NCBI GenBank assembly: GCA_022605425.2
Contig: CM061246.1
Location: 558,001-622,000 of the forward strand
DNA length: 64,000 nucleotides
Source: Hamiltosporidium tvaerminnensis FI-OER-3-3
Lineage: Eukaryota; Fungi; Microsporidia
Reading direction: 5' to 3'
Shown here: piece by piece, positions 34,281 through 48,550 of the stretch
Layout: each line of letters opens with the position of its first letter
Position numbering within the stretch: position 1 is the first letter of the stretch
The notes under the pieces: generated by a model
What the model saw: the letters and a program-made list of their open reading frames with translations, nothing else
The model's database searches: none
What the model was told of the DNA's origin: nothing
Translations under genes and position numbers: made by a program

Positions 34281-37200
34281 AAAATTTTAAATATATACAA
34301 TCACAGAATTACTGTATTCATGTTTAGAATATAAAAATGACCAAAGATCACAAAGTTTTAATCATTTGAATCATAAATTCAAAAAAAAGAATATATTTGT
34401 CAATCTTTGATAATATATAAATAAGAAAAATAATAAATATATTCACATACATTGCTTTAAAAAATAATGTATGTATACATTATAGAAAGAATTTCTTAAC
34501 TAGCATCTCTTTGTTCAAATAAATGATAGATATATGCGCAAAAATACTTTAAAGGATATATAAATAATTTTTTAAAAAAAAACTTTATGAGATGAATAAA
34601 CCAATGTACTAGTGGCTTTATATATTTGACATTAAATAAAATTTGAGATTTTTCTATAGCGTTATAATAATATATTTGCTAAGTTTTGAATTATGAATCT
34701 AATTACATAGAAATGAAACAGAAAAATATAGAGGCATATTTGCCAATAATAATTTACTCAAAAAATAATGGTAGATTTAATGATTCAAATGTTTAAAATA
34801 GATAGACAAAGCTTATTTATAAAATTCTAAAATTTAAATTTTTGGATCATAAATCAGTATCAAGCATAAATTTCTGTTTGGTAATGATTAAAAAAATTTT
34901 TTGTTAACCATTGCAAAATTGGATTTTCAAGTTATAACTTAACGGATCTAGTATTAAGAAAATTTAGAACAACAAATATAATTTTTTCAGTCAACCAAAC
35001 AAATATATTGAAATAAAAGAATTAATTAAGGGAAATTTTTGTATTATATAAAAATAATAGATTCTTGGCACTACAGAGTTACCAAATTACATTAAAAAGA
35101 AATATATACTAGAAATATAAGATTAATTCAATAAATTGAACAAGAATAATAAAAATATAAAGTAGATAATAAGCAAAAGTATTAACTTCTAATGATTGAA
35201 GTTTATGTTATAATGGTTCAAAAGTTCTATTTTTATCAAAAAAATTAAATTTGAATATGAATTTTAAGTTAGCAAAATACTAAAAATTATGAAGATGTAC
35301 AATAATTGGATGGTTATACCCCTCTGGCAATAGTAAAAAACCTATTGGATTATCTTTAGAAAAATATAGCAAGCAGTCAACATGATTTGTCACAAGGAAT
35401 GCATATTTTTCTAAAATATAATGGCTTTTAAATTAATTTTAGAATAATATATTTTATAATGTTATATTATATCATTTAAAACTCTTAAAAATCATTATAT
35501 TTATATGAATGTTATGGTAATTAATGCCAAAATGATTAAATAACATTAAGAGATATTAAAATTGGTTTTAAAATAATTATCATATAGCAATATGACGATA
35601 AATTAATCGAAAAATATTGTTTTAGTTAATTAACGAAAAAATTCATAAATCTAAACGAATAAAAAAAGACTTTACAACATATATATTTATTAAATCGCGT
35701 CACGGTATATGAACAGCAATTGTTTAAATCGTTTTACAACAGCTAACAACTTATTAAGTAAACCACAATCTTTTATCCCGTAAAAATTGATTTAAGTCGT
35801 TTAATGAATGTTTCTTAAAACAGAAATTTTTCCAATCGAAATAGTCGTTAAACCATACCCAACCTTCCTCTTTTTTTAACCTCGATGAGCTTTATTAATG
35901 TTAAGTCTGCAATATGGTGCAAGAATAAAATAAGACACACAAATTTTAATCTATATCTTTAATTTTTATGTACTATTCATACTAAAACTTGAATAAAACT
36001 AGTTATAATTACAATTTTTAAAAAAAATAAAAATCCACATGCATAGGGAATATGAAGTACAAGCTAAATAAACCGTAAATATATACAAACCAGAATTATA
36101 TAAAATATTTCAATTTAAATATATTAGAAATAAACGTCTTTAACTATAGAATGAATGTTACTTTTCTTAAATTTACCATTAGCTGAAGTATTTAAATAAT
36201 AGGTTTTGGAAATCATAATGGAATCGTTTATTCCATAAAAAAAATATAGAAAACTGCAATATTTAATTATAAACTGATTCGTAAAATTATGTTTTTGGTA
36301 ATTTATATTAGTTTATATTTAACTTCCATTGAAGCTTACAATTAAATGACTATGATGTATAGAACGCTATCAAAAAAAAGACAGAAGAATGTAAGTATAT
36401 TATAAAACTAAATTTCTTGTTTCGGTTTGAATAATAATAATTATAAAAAATTTAAGAAGAGGTTAGTTAATGTCTAATTATTTTATATCCAAGCGAAAAA
36501 TTTTGTTTCATTCAAAGTAATAAATATGGAAACAATTTTTTCAGAATAAAATAAAGGTATAAAAAATTTAAAACAATAAAGAATTAGAAGAACTTAACAA
36601 TTTATTAAAATTTATCAAAATATTACATGGTCCAACGAAAAAATTTTATTTCGTTAATATATAATAATTTTTAACTTCAACTAGCAGTAAAGAAGTAAAT
36701 CACTGACTGAGATTTTATAAATTAGAATCGAGTTTTCTTCTTTATAAAGTAAAAATAATATATATTTTATCTTTAATTTAAAAAGTTTTTGAAGTCTAAA
36801 TTTCCTTTAGAATACCATTTTACGAATATTTAATACATATTTCAAACATAGCATAAATAAAAAATAACAAAAAATCATACAGATGACTTCTATGCGCCTT
36901 GTATTATTCGGATATCAGATCGAAAAAGACGGATATTCCGAGATATTAAGAACAAAAAACAATTTAAAATATACATCTTTAAAATTAATAATTTTATAAA
37001 CAAAAAGAAATATTTTAAATTGATTTTCGTATATTAAGACTTCTAAGACCGTTAATAAGTAATTAAATATTGTAAAATTCATCATGGTGTAATTTATGTT
37101 GTTCTAACGTAATGGTATACATAAATATCACAATTTATAAGCTTTAAAGCCGTATTTCAGGATGAGAATATTACTTTACCCTTCTCAAATATTTAAAAAT

Positions 37201-39271
37201 GAACATTTTAATCAAAGCAAAACAACTGTCTAGCCTATGATTAAGCCATAAGATGGAATATTTTTAGTTTAATATAACTACATTCAAACTTTATTTATGT
37301 TACATTCTTTATATTCACTATATATTCGAAATTTTTTTATAAAATTAAAATATAAGAGTAATAAAAAGATAGCGTTATTTTATCTATAAATTACATAGAT
37401 ATCATCAAAATATATAACAACAAAATATCTTATAAAAAAAAGCTTGAAGTAGAAATTGAAGATGCTGAATAGTCAGATAGAAAAATTCTTGTAGATAATA
37501 ATCCTACTTTTACTTATATACGAAATATACAATCGTGTATATATTATACTACATTTTAATAAAATATCCGAAAACGTTTTTAATTTGGTATATTTGGCAG
37601 TTGTTTATATAAAGGTTATTCGATCTTATTACAAAATCTTTCTAATAAAATTAATAATGTTGTGAGATTATAAAGTAATTTTTGGTTTTAAACATGTTAG
37701 TTTCTATGTGCATTTAAAAATAATAAGTCGACCGAGTTTCTTTATATAGTACTTGTCATCGGAACGAGCAGATCTGATTTGTAAAAAAGGCTTTTAACCA
37801 GATATATTCTCATGAGTGTTAGTTGCACAAGTAATTAAATCTAACATTGTTAAATTAAAAAAGAACACGTGTGATACCTACTCTATTATGCTATTATCTC
37901 AAAATTTAATCCCTTCATGTTCGATATAATTCTTTCATAGAACAAGATCAAAATATTTAATTTATATTGTGAGCAGTTTCGCATTAGTCAACCAATATCA
38001 TGTGTTATATCATTTTTAAGCATTAGAATTTATAATATAACCAGAGGGCTTTATAATTTTCTTACATTACATGGATTTTTAGTTAATTTCTTGCTTGGCT
38101 TTTCTAAAGTTCCAAAAAAGAAATATACTATTAATACGTTAAAGTAAAAAAGATTTTTCTGCTCTATTCATTTTTTTGGTCTTTTATGTGATATTTTAAG
38201 CGAGACCTATGATAGAATAACCATTTTGAAACAGCGTCCAGGAATATTCTTTAACTGAATGCCTTCTTAAATAGCCCCAAAGATAAGTTTATAGTAAACG
38301 TGAGGATGGTGTAAAACGTATCATAAACGCCTTTTTATTGTATTATTTTTCTCTGCATAAAGTTTTTCTGTAATACCAGAATTTTTTTGATTTTCAACTT
38401 CAAAGAAATTCAGATTATTTTAAAGATATATGATTCACTAAGATAATGTAGGTCAGCGTTAGTAACTATTATCTCATGCAAATAATATGTATATTATTAG
38501 ATATAATATAAATCAATTACATCGTTTTGTAATTTAAAAAATGGAACTCTCTTATATCCTTAATGAGATTCAGAAAACTAAAAGGATTTTCTTTAAAAAA
38601 TATATTTTTCTTTAGATTTTTGTTAATCCTAAAACCAGTTTAAATAACCCAGATAATTTAAAAATTTGTTTTTTTAATGGTGTATATGAAAGATTTATAT
38701 CTTACAGTCCTAAATGTTTTTTATAATTTTGACTAGTTCTAATCTTTTCGAAACGCAGTAATTGTTAAAACAGATTTGAAAAACATTTTTACGACTAACA
38801 TTTTTCTTTAAATACGTTTTTTACTGCAAAAATATAATAGATTTATATTTTAAATTCTTGCATTTTATACAATCATCCTTAGGGTTATATATCTGTTAAA
38901 TGTTTATTATATTTGTAAGTAATATATTTATTAGATGGAATATAAATACAAGAATAGAAAGAAAAGCACCAAGCACTCAATAAAGTGAGCAAAGAAATGT
39001 ACAAAAAAATTTAAGCAAAATTTAGATGGGAAATATAGATAGGCATACTTGATATTTTTCTCCATATATTCTGTATTTAGATATAATAAACTAAAAATAT
39101 TTTTAGTATAATAAGAATAAAAAAGAAAAATGCAAGTATACGATCAGAAGAAATAATAAAATAAGAAAATTTTAAAATTTTCTTTTGAAAATAAATCCGG
39201 GAGTAAAAATATATTTATAAATCGAGAAATAGAAACCAAATGTATGACGACTATTGTGTTGTAAGGCGCCC

Positions 39272-42200
39272 ATGGGCAAAAGAAAAATATCGGGAGCGGT
39301 TGAAAATCGCAAAAAATCAAGATGTGAGAATACGGGTGTGAAGAGTAGGAATTTCGACACTTTGTTTCCAGCTCATCGAGGACTAGCCACCCTCGAGTTG
39401 TGAGCCCAATCGACTGTTTTTTTCGGCGTCTTCGAAACAGGAGGAGTGTGCGGCAGCCACGCACAAGGAGAGTAAAAAGTGTACAGATAATAGGAATGTA
39501 AAGAGTTTTTTTTGGGACAAGCATGCCAAAGCACACACGGGATGTGCCGCTGACCAGCCAGCGAAGTTTCCCGGAGGAGAAAGAGGCACAGACTTTGTCT
39601 GTTCTTCATGCATTGCTTCTAAGAAAATAACACTCCTTGAAAAAAGAGTGGAAAAATTAGAAGAAGAGGAAAAGAGATATAAAAAAACTCTTATGTTGGC
39701 AAAGACCAACTCGATTGCTTTAGAGGTACACTTTAAAGAAATTGAGAAGCTACGTAAAGTACCTAAAAGGTCGCGTAGGTGCCGTACTCACAAGTGCGTG
39801 ATAACGGCAGTAGCACCTGTTTCCTCGGTTAGGCTAAAGGCAGGAGCCAGAGACCCTCAGGCTGATCCAGCAGTCAGTGAGTTAGTCTGCAACGCTGCAG
39901 AACTAATAGAGAAACCACTCGAGCAGAATTTGGTGGTAAATGAGGCGAAATCTCAGTCTTTCGGGCCAACTTTGTCCGCACGATATGCAATGGCTAAAGC
40001 TCGGTCTTTGGATAAACAGATAGTGTTACGGACTGACAGTTCTACTGATCTGACTGCAAATGCTGTTGACTCTCTTGCTGTTGGAGTCTGCCCAGCGGAA
40101 GTGCTGATCTGCATAGCAGCAGAATCTCAAAACTTACAGATCGAACGTGCAATGAATGTAAGTCATCAAGGGGCGAGGCTCGTTGAATGTGGTACGGGCA
40201 ATACCACACTGCCTCCGATAGCAACTCCTCGTTCTATCGAAAAAAAGTTACCTGAAAAGACATCCGTAAGTGCTTCAGGAAAAGGTCATAAGGATAATAA
40301 AAAGGAATTATCCAAGAGCAAAGCAACTGGTAACCCAGCCAGTAAACCGAGAGCCGTCAAATTGCAGACTGCTAAAAAGCCTTCATTCGATCGTACTAAG
40401 GCACCTTCGAAGCAGAGTAGAGGGAAAATTAACCTAAACAGAGCACAGTTTGAGGATGTTGTGCAAGGCAAATCACCATTTGTCTTGAATAGGTTTGTGC
40501 TTCTTTACTTAGATGGAGTTAAAGTGAAAAAACCCGCTTAATTAAGAGCCGTCTTAGAGAACGGGGGGTTTAAATCTTACTACGTAAAGCATGTAGGCTT
40601 CACTAAGGAAGGCCTGTTAGAGTTGCTTGTTAATGCTAACAGTATGGACAAGGTTAAAGCCATTTTTACAGAATTTTAAAATGTTAAGACTTTTGATAAC
40701 TATCTTAACAGAGGCAGTCTCGAAGAGATTGGAGAGCGGTTATCTGACCTTAAGCGCAGACTCTCATGGGTCGAGCGATTTGAAGATAACCCGCCGGTTA
40801 GGAGGTTCCTTAGCATTCTGAAGCATATTTCGGCTGAGAATGCCTCTCAAGAAGCCTCGAAAATCTTCTACGGACTAGAAGATGTGGTACTTGAGGAGCC
40901 AAAGAGCTTCTCTAGCCTATAGTCAGGACTGTCTGAACTGTTGACACCTGCCAACAGATAAAGCCGGGCAAAGCAAGCCCTGCGGTATACTCTGTGTGGG
41001 GTGTACCGCATAGGCATCGTAGTGTTTTTGCTGAAACACTAGAGGCGAGAGGTTCCAAAGGTACGTCTGTCAAGCGAGTTATCAAGCGAGATAGACGTAG
41101 ACGACTTGATGTGACTGTTGAGAGTGGGATAGACCCGGAAACAGTGTAAGCTGTGAGTAGGAAACATCTTGGGTACTGCAAAACCCATACACTAGGGAGA
41201 AAAAAGTCTGTCAGAATTTGCACGGAATCGTATGGTAATCTTAGATTACTTACGCTAAATGTAAATTCCTTTGGATCAAAACGAGAGGAGGTTCTAATGC
41301 TAACCGGTAAACTCCACCCAGACATTTTATGTCTCCAAGAGACATTACGCTACACAGGGAGTTCTCGGAACGTTATTCCGGGATACGAGGTGATTGAAAG
41401 CTTTGCAAACAAGGAGGAAAAAGATGGTAGAGGACTGGTTTTAGCTGTGCGTTGTAAGTTAGATCTTACGCTATCGTCAGTTGAAGTACATCCTAACTTC
41501 TTGGCTGGCAGTGTTTGTGGCAAAAAAGCGTCTGGTGGCTGGTTTAAATTGCTTGTTGTTAACGTGTACATTCCTCCGAAATGTTCACTATACGGCAACA
41601 GAGCGGAAACGCTCGAAGCTCTAGGATCTTTTCTTGTTAGCGAAAACAAGAAAAACGGTTTGGATGATATTCTAGTCATAGGCGATTGGAATATGACTCC
41701 AGAAGAGGCTGCTAGGTTCCTGGCTGTCAACAACCTCTATTGCACGAATAAATGGTTATTCGAAGCACCGCGAGCTACACGTGCAGCAGCACTCGGTGCC
41801 AATAGATGCATTGACTACTGCCTGTTTCTGAAAAGAGAGTGGGCGGAGGTAGTTAAAGTGCACAGGAAATGGGATATATCGGATCACCTTCCTGTAACTG
41901 TTGACGTTAGGGTGGATACGCTCACACGAGCTGTACGCAAGAAAAAGCTCTTCTTACGCAAGTTTGTTGAGCGGTCACTTGCCGAAAAGCTTATAAGCTG
42001 TCCGACCTGGAACAGTTTCGGTCACACCCCTAATCATAAGATTATGTGGCAAAAACTGTTAAAGAAGAGAAAAAAGCTAGGTCTTTAAGGTACTTTTTCA
42101 GATGAAATAGTTTTTTTTGCCTCGGAAGCTTAAAAAAACTATTGACGATAGACGGAGAGTTGCTTTCGAAATGAAAACTGGCCGAGCTTATCCGAATGCC

Positions 42201-44390
42201 TAAGCTGACCTCAAACGAAAGTGCGAGGAAATGAAGCGTCTATATAGGCGGCAGCTGAGAATAAAGTGGGCACGAAAAGGTATTGTGGCGGCAACAAACC
42301 GCTGCATGAGAGACGTGTGGCAGTGGACCAGGAGGTCTGCTGGAATGCCCAAATTCTCGGCTGCCAATCGCACGGTTTGGATGAAAAAGGCCAAATTGCT
42401 TCGGATGAGCAGACAGTGTTGCAGGTCTGGTACACATCCATCGTTCCTTAGCAACAATGAATCATGAGTTACAGAGCAAAGACACTCAATCCGAGTGTCT
42501 TATCGAGGATAACAACGCTCATTATAATGATCTGATTGCTTGGCAAGAGGTTATTTCAGCGCTGCACGAGTCAGCAAACAACAAAGCATGTGGTTTAGAT
42601 GAGGTACCAGTAGAAGCGTACAAAGCTCTACTAATGGATACTCATGGCGTAAGTCTGATGGCACAGCACATTTCACATGTGCTGAACGAGGCCTGGACAA
42701 ATAGAATACCTGACAGCTGGAGAGTGTCAGTCATAGTACCGGTACCGAAGAAAGGTGATTTACGAAAGCCTGGAAACTACCGTGGAATTTGTCTGATAAA
42801 CAATCTTCTTAAACTGCTGTGTAAGGTTGTGGAACGCCGAATGCGTTTGTATGCTGAGAATAATAGCCTCTTGTGCCGGGAACAAGCTGGTTTTCGTACT
42901 CGAGAGGAATGTGTTGCTCAGGTGGCAACTCTTTTAGAAATTCAAAGGAGAAGATTTATTCGAGGTAGAGAGACTCTTTGCCTATTTATCGATTTTGAAA
43001 AGGCTTACGATAGAGTTCCTCATGATCTAATCCTTTTGAAACTAAAAGAGCAAGGCTTTTCTGGAAAACTCCTAAGATTCCTTAAAGATCTGTACACTGA
43101 TCTACAGGTTGGTGTCAAAGTAGGCGATAAAACAACGAGCCTATTCCCATATAATATCGGTCTCCGCCAAGGCTGTCCGCTATCACCTCTGTTATTCGAT
43201 CTCTATATCGATGACATCTTTAGAGGTGTTAATGGTATAGTATGCGAGGGTCTTAATTATAGGTTTCCGGGTCTGTTGTTTGCCGATGACATGTCCTGTT
43301 CGTTGAATTTGTGACTGCCGTACAACTCAGTACGGATAAAGTGATGAGGTGGTGTGAGACCTGAGGAATGCGTATTAATATAGATAAGTGTGGGTTGTTA
43401 CTTCCCCCGGTTCTTACAGTTAACGTAATGATAGGTAAATCAGCAGTCCTGTTTGTCAAACCTAAAAATACCTAGGCATTGTGTTGGCCCGCACGTTTTC
43501 TCTAAAAGAATTGATTCTTGGGAGAAAAAAGGCTGTGTTTCCGGTCCGGAAAAATGCCATGCCATTCCTCGGTAGGTCAGAGTTCCGCTTTACTTTAAAG
43601 TTCTGATCATAAAGCATGCATTATACCAATCGTAATGCATGGGAGCGAATTGTGGGGAATGAGCAAGGTCAGAATAGTAATTGTAGTTTGCGGCGTTACA
43701 CGTTCTTTGGCAGCAGCTTTTATATGTCGAGAGAATTTTGCTGCCTTGGCAGCATTCAGAGAGTGTGACATCCAGCCTTTATATGAAAAAGCAGCTATGT
43801 CACGTGTAAGAGGCTTCTTGAAATGACAAGAAAGCAGAACGATCATACGGGACTTGCTAAATGGTAAGTTTACAGCGAGAAAGAGAACGTGAGTTACTCA
43901 AACCCGAATCTGGATGAAAGCTTATACTGGAAGTCTTTTATCGGGTTTGAGTAACAAAAGTAGTGGCCTTCTAATCAAAGAGGATATTGTTAAAAGGCAA
44001 GGCCGAGCTGATAAGTCAGTTATAAGTGGCTTACGTAGGCTTTTTGGTCTTAATAGTGGGTATAAGTGGATCTACGCAGAACTAAATAACAGGGTGTTAG
44101 CTAGCAGTATTAAGATGCTGCGTAATTTAGAATAGGACTGGTGAAATTTAGTCCGAAACTGGAAGCTTTAAGAAGATTACCGAATAAGTATAGGGAACGC
44201 TGTCCATGTTGCGAGGAACCAGGCTGAGAAATTTAAGCCATTTAGTGTTTGTGTTAAGAGCGCAAGTGGAGCGATGGATGTTCAAAGATCAGATTACAAG
44301 AAAAATTGTAACATGTTTAAAATCTTCTGATACTGTAGGGAATTCAAGGCATCAAGATACTCTTGGAAGGGAAATGGCAAGCTGCCGCAG
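39272..44390 (+). mobile_element. Decayed LINE copy 2 (ORF1 and ORF2 pseudogenised, 3' UTR and tail missing)
   Basis: Colinear with 28483-33625 from the ATG onward; many frameshifts and stops (fragments 39648-40541, 41153-42088, 42457-43314). Confidence 0.95.
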
Positions 44391-46059
44391 TTCTAAACAA
44401 CGAATTGTCATACCTGACCTGAAGATCATCAATCGGTCAATATACCAAATAGAAAATAAGTATAAAATTGAAAGGTTTGATATCATTTATATCACATAAA
44501 AATAATATTTTTATTCTATATTTAAAAACAAAAAAGAGGGGTATGCCATCATGAATAAAATTAATCAAGACGATTATTTTACTTATAAAAACACTTCTTT
44601 ACTCAATATCATTGGAACAGTGAGCAGGAAGACGATCTCCTTGTTGGAGATGTACTTCAAACTTAGCTGCCTTCCCGAAAATTACGGCAAAAGGCTAATA
44701 TTTATTGTATCACAACAAAATGTTATTTGTTTTTCAAACATTCCAAGGTCTTTCAAAATTAATTAAATTTTCTAAAATTTATAAAATATAGAAACAAATT
44801 AAAACAAAAGAAGAAGTTGCGAGAATTACATGAAGAAATTAATCGACGTTTAACCACAATAAAAGTATAAATGACAAAAATTACAAAACTTAACTAGCTT
44901 TTACTTTTACATTTTCTAGAAAAAATTTTTTTATTCGAAATATTCTTAGCAAGAATGCAATCTCTTTAATCAGGACGTACTTCAAATTTAGCTTTCCATT
45001 ATAAAAATAAAGTTTTATAATTTTATGTTTTGCAAATTTTACAGGATTGTATGGAAAAAATAAAAAATCCGGGACTTTCTAAAACATTTTTCGATTGAAA
45101 AAATACTTGGTACTTATAGATCATACACGGATTTTTTGTTTTGAAAAGAATAACAGATTTTAAGCATTATAAAACAGAATTGAACATCCTTTGTTTTTAG
45201 AATTGTATCAATGAATTTAAGCAAAATATAGAAGCATACAAATAATATGAATTATGAGTAAAGGAAAATAAGACGAATTGTGAAATAAAAAAACGAGTGA
45301 CTTAAACAGTACCTATAGAGGTTCGTTCCGAGGGTTTATCGACATCTTTAGGAATTAAAATACTTTGCCGAAGTCATTTATAGGTTAATATCGAGCTAAT
45401 TTGAAAAAAAATTAATAGATCCACACATGAGCAGTAAATTAATATTCCAATCAGAGAAATCTAAGAAATCATTTGAGCAATACAACTCAGTTAACACCGA
45501 ATGTGTCGCTAGACAGCTAGCTAAGTTTTCTGTGAAAAAGTAAATGTTTTAATCTCAAAACACCATTCATTTTATACTGCTCCCTTTATTTTATATAATT
45601 ACTAAAACTAAAATTTTATCTTTAAAAACGTATGGACTCGGTTAAAAAAATTATAAACATTTATAATATAAAATAAAATCGAATAAATTTTTAGTTTCCG
45701 CGAATCTGTGCCTTTTAGTTGTATTTTTATAATATTTCTGTTGTTTCAAAATAAATTGAATAACTGTTTTTTATGGTATTCTTGGATGAAAGGATTTGCG
45801 AAAAGTTCCAGTATTATACATAAAATAAAATATCTTAAGCCTGATGTCATAAATTTCTATTGCATTACATTTTTTTGTTCCATTATGTATTGCAGCTTAT
45901 AATTTTATAATGCAAAAATATAATATTATAGGATTTTATAACATCTTTGTAATAACTTATTAGAATTATTTCTAAATAAACGTGCTAAAGAACCGAAAAG
46001 CGCACTAGACAGAAAACACAATCGTTTGTATTATATAATTAACCAATTTTCTAGAAAAA

Positions 46060-46330
46060 CCAGATGAAATAATCATAAGGATGATTTTCATATTTCTATA
46101 AAAGTCATTAGAATGATAATCGGAACAGACTATGAGAATGGTTACATTGCCACCATAAGGAAAATTGCTTTAATAAACAAAAACTACTATGGAATGCACC
46201 CAGCGGCTGTAAAAGATTATGTAAATATATGTGGTAGGTGCGGAAATTTTCTCTTAAATAAATTTAAAGTACCAATTCGCATCCTATACATTTTTCTTAT
46301 AATTATGAAAACGTTAGATTAAAGTGATTT
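46060..46330 (+). pseudogene. Remnant of an integrase zinc-binding (HHCC-like) region, Ginger/Gypsy-type
   Basis: ENGYIATIRKIALINKNYYGMHPAAVKDYVNICGRC parallels HSVAQIGLNKMMALFVEKYYWIPKAYIREYIRDCEE in the 52-53 kb transposase. Confidence 0.5.
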
Positions 46331-47814
46331 TAACTCTATCACTAGAACTCTACGAAATTCGTTTGACTGATCTTGTCACGATGAAACATATATTTAATCG
46401 ATTTTAATGTATTGCATAACTTACTATGTTAATAGTAAAAAACATGCGAAAACAAACAGATTTAAATAAAGAGTATAAAAGAATAGGATAATCAAATTTA
46501 AATTTTTATCAGTTAAACATCTTATTTCTATAATTTCTTGATTTTTTCTTATTTTTTTACGTTAAGATTTTAATTTTATAATTTTTTTTGTTCGTTAACA
46601 TCTTATTTCTATAATTTTTTTACTTATGATATAAAATTTCTATACTTCGCTAATCCGTTACCAGCCAAATTTCCTAAAATACTCTTTACTGCCAAACAAA
46701 CGCATTAATACATTCATTTCAAATTAATCTCATCTTAATTAGCACGCAGAACATTTCTGCGTTTCTTTACCATCAGTTAATGGTAAGCAAAATAAATGAG
46801 GCGGAATGACGGAGGAATGCATTTTCAAATACGACAGTAAATGACAAAATTATATGCAAAAATGTATTTTGCTCTAAAAAATAGACACTTGAAATATGTT
46901 TAACAATTTTAGGATCTCTCTCAAAAACTTTCATGTGTAGTAAAACAAAATTAACATTTCTGAAAGATGATCTAATTACAACTGTATTGTAACAGCTGTT
47001 GTCTGTCTTCTTATTTTAATAAATATTATAACATTACCTTTCGGGTAAACGACATGTGTTAATGAAAAGTTTCAACACAGCGAATATCTTCAATTTACAA
47101 AGCAATAAACAATGGCTTAAGTACATATGTAGATCTATTAAGTTATAGAAAATTTTATTTTAGCCAAAAAAAACCATTGCTAAAAGGCTTGGAATGTTAA
47201 CTTAGAGCTAACTCAAAGAACGATTTTAAATTTTAAATTTAAAATTCTGAATGTGATTAAAAGGTTATAAACGATCTCATCTTAAAAATTTCAACTTTTT
47301 TTGATGTTAATATTATCTCAGAAGTTTATCAAACAGCATAGTTGTAATAAATTTTTCAATTAATAATTACAAACGAACGATGTTTTAGAAAACAAGAAAA
47401 ATATTATAAAAGCTAAGCGTTTTATTTTAATGTTCTTTTAAAGAATTACTAAAAAAATGGCTTTATAAAGAAAAGCTAATATTTCGTATTAATTTCTGTG
47501 AATATTCAAATTATTTCAATAATTAGTAAATTAATAGATTTTAGTGCCAGTCTGAGATTTTAATTTATGAATCTACAATTTTTTTATTTTTATATTTCTA
47601 CAGTAATTAAATGTGAGGTTTAAAACAGAAATTTTTATTTTTTATTTTCATGGATTGTTCAATATAATAAACGATTTTAAAAAGTCATTATTGTTCTATT
47701 GCAGAAATATTTTTATTAGAAGCTTTATTGATTCCTTGGGTTCTTTGCATCATATTCGAAATATTCTTTTTAATATAAATTTTATTTAATAATTATAACA
47801 TGAATATAAGTGGA

Positions 47815-48345
47815 GGGAGGATAACCACATAAAAAACTTTCTGCTTGGCAATGAGTGTGTGAAACTGGTGTGAGATCATTGTTTGGATTTTTAGTGGGAA
47901 TAAAACCACACTACATCTTCGGTTGCTCCATGGGAGTTTGTATGAGGAGGAGAGGTCTAAGAAATGGAGAAACTTTTTCCACAAATTTATTTGTAGTTTT
48001 TTACGTAACCAGATTGCAGACCGCAGCTGAACAGGTAGGTAATTGCCATGTAAAAGCATGGAAACCTAGCCTTGCTCACTCGGGTTAGAAGACTTAGCGC
48101 CTGGGAGATATAAAATAAAAAACCATTTAAAGCCGGGAGAGCTAAGTAGCAGGTTATACCTGTTGGTATGACATTGCACTGTCTAGGTGGACCCCATGTA
48201 AATCTCTGAAATATATCTTAGCTAGAAGTTTATTGGGTTCAGAAAGTGTAGAGTAAGTGGGAATGCTGCATAGTCTTGGGGGAGCCCAGGGGGGGCTTCG
48301 GCCTTCGATCACCTCCATGCAACGGACATTAACGAACTCCGGCAA
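47815..48345. repeat. Dispersed non-coding repeat element, copy B
   Basis: Direct, diverged repeat of 7145-7670; ends in a homopolymer-rich region. Confidence 0.85.
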
Positions 48346-48442
48346 CCCCCCCCCCTTTTTTTTAAGTTATAAACACATTAAAAAAAAAAGGGTGGGGGGA
48401 AAAAGGAGGGGAGGGGAAAAAAGGGGGGGGTGGGGAAAAAAT

Positions 48443-48495
<53 letters not shown>

Positions 48496-48496
48496 A

Positions 48497-48550
<54 letters not shown>
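48346..48550. repeat. Homopolymer-rich tract ending in ~100 nt of almost pure poly(A)
   Basis: Runs of C, T, A and G followed by an A tract at about 48447-48548. Confidence 0.9.

Larger units (their letters stand above)
32119..37985. repeat. Left arm of a large inverted duplication (partner 58148-64000)
   Basis: Reverse complement of 58148-64000 matches almost base for base; inner breakpoint after gagcagt(t/c)tcgcatt. Confidence 0.97.
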
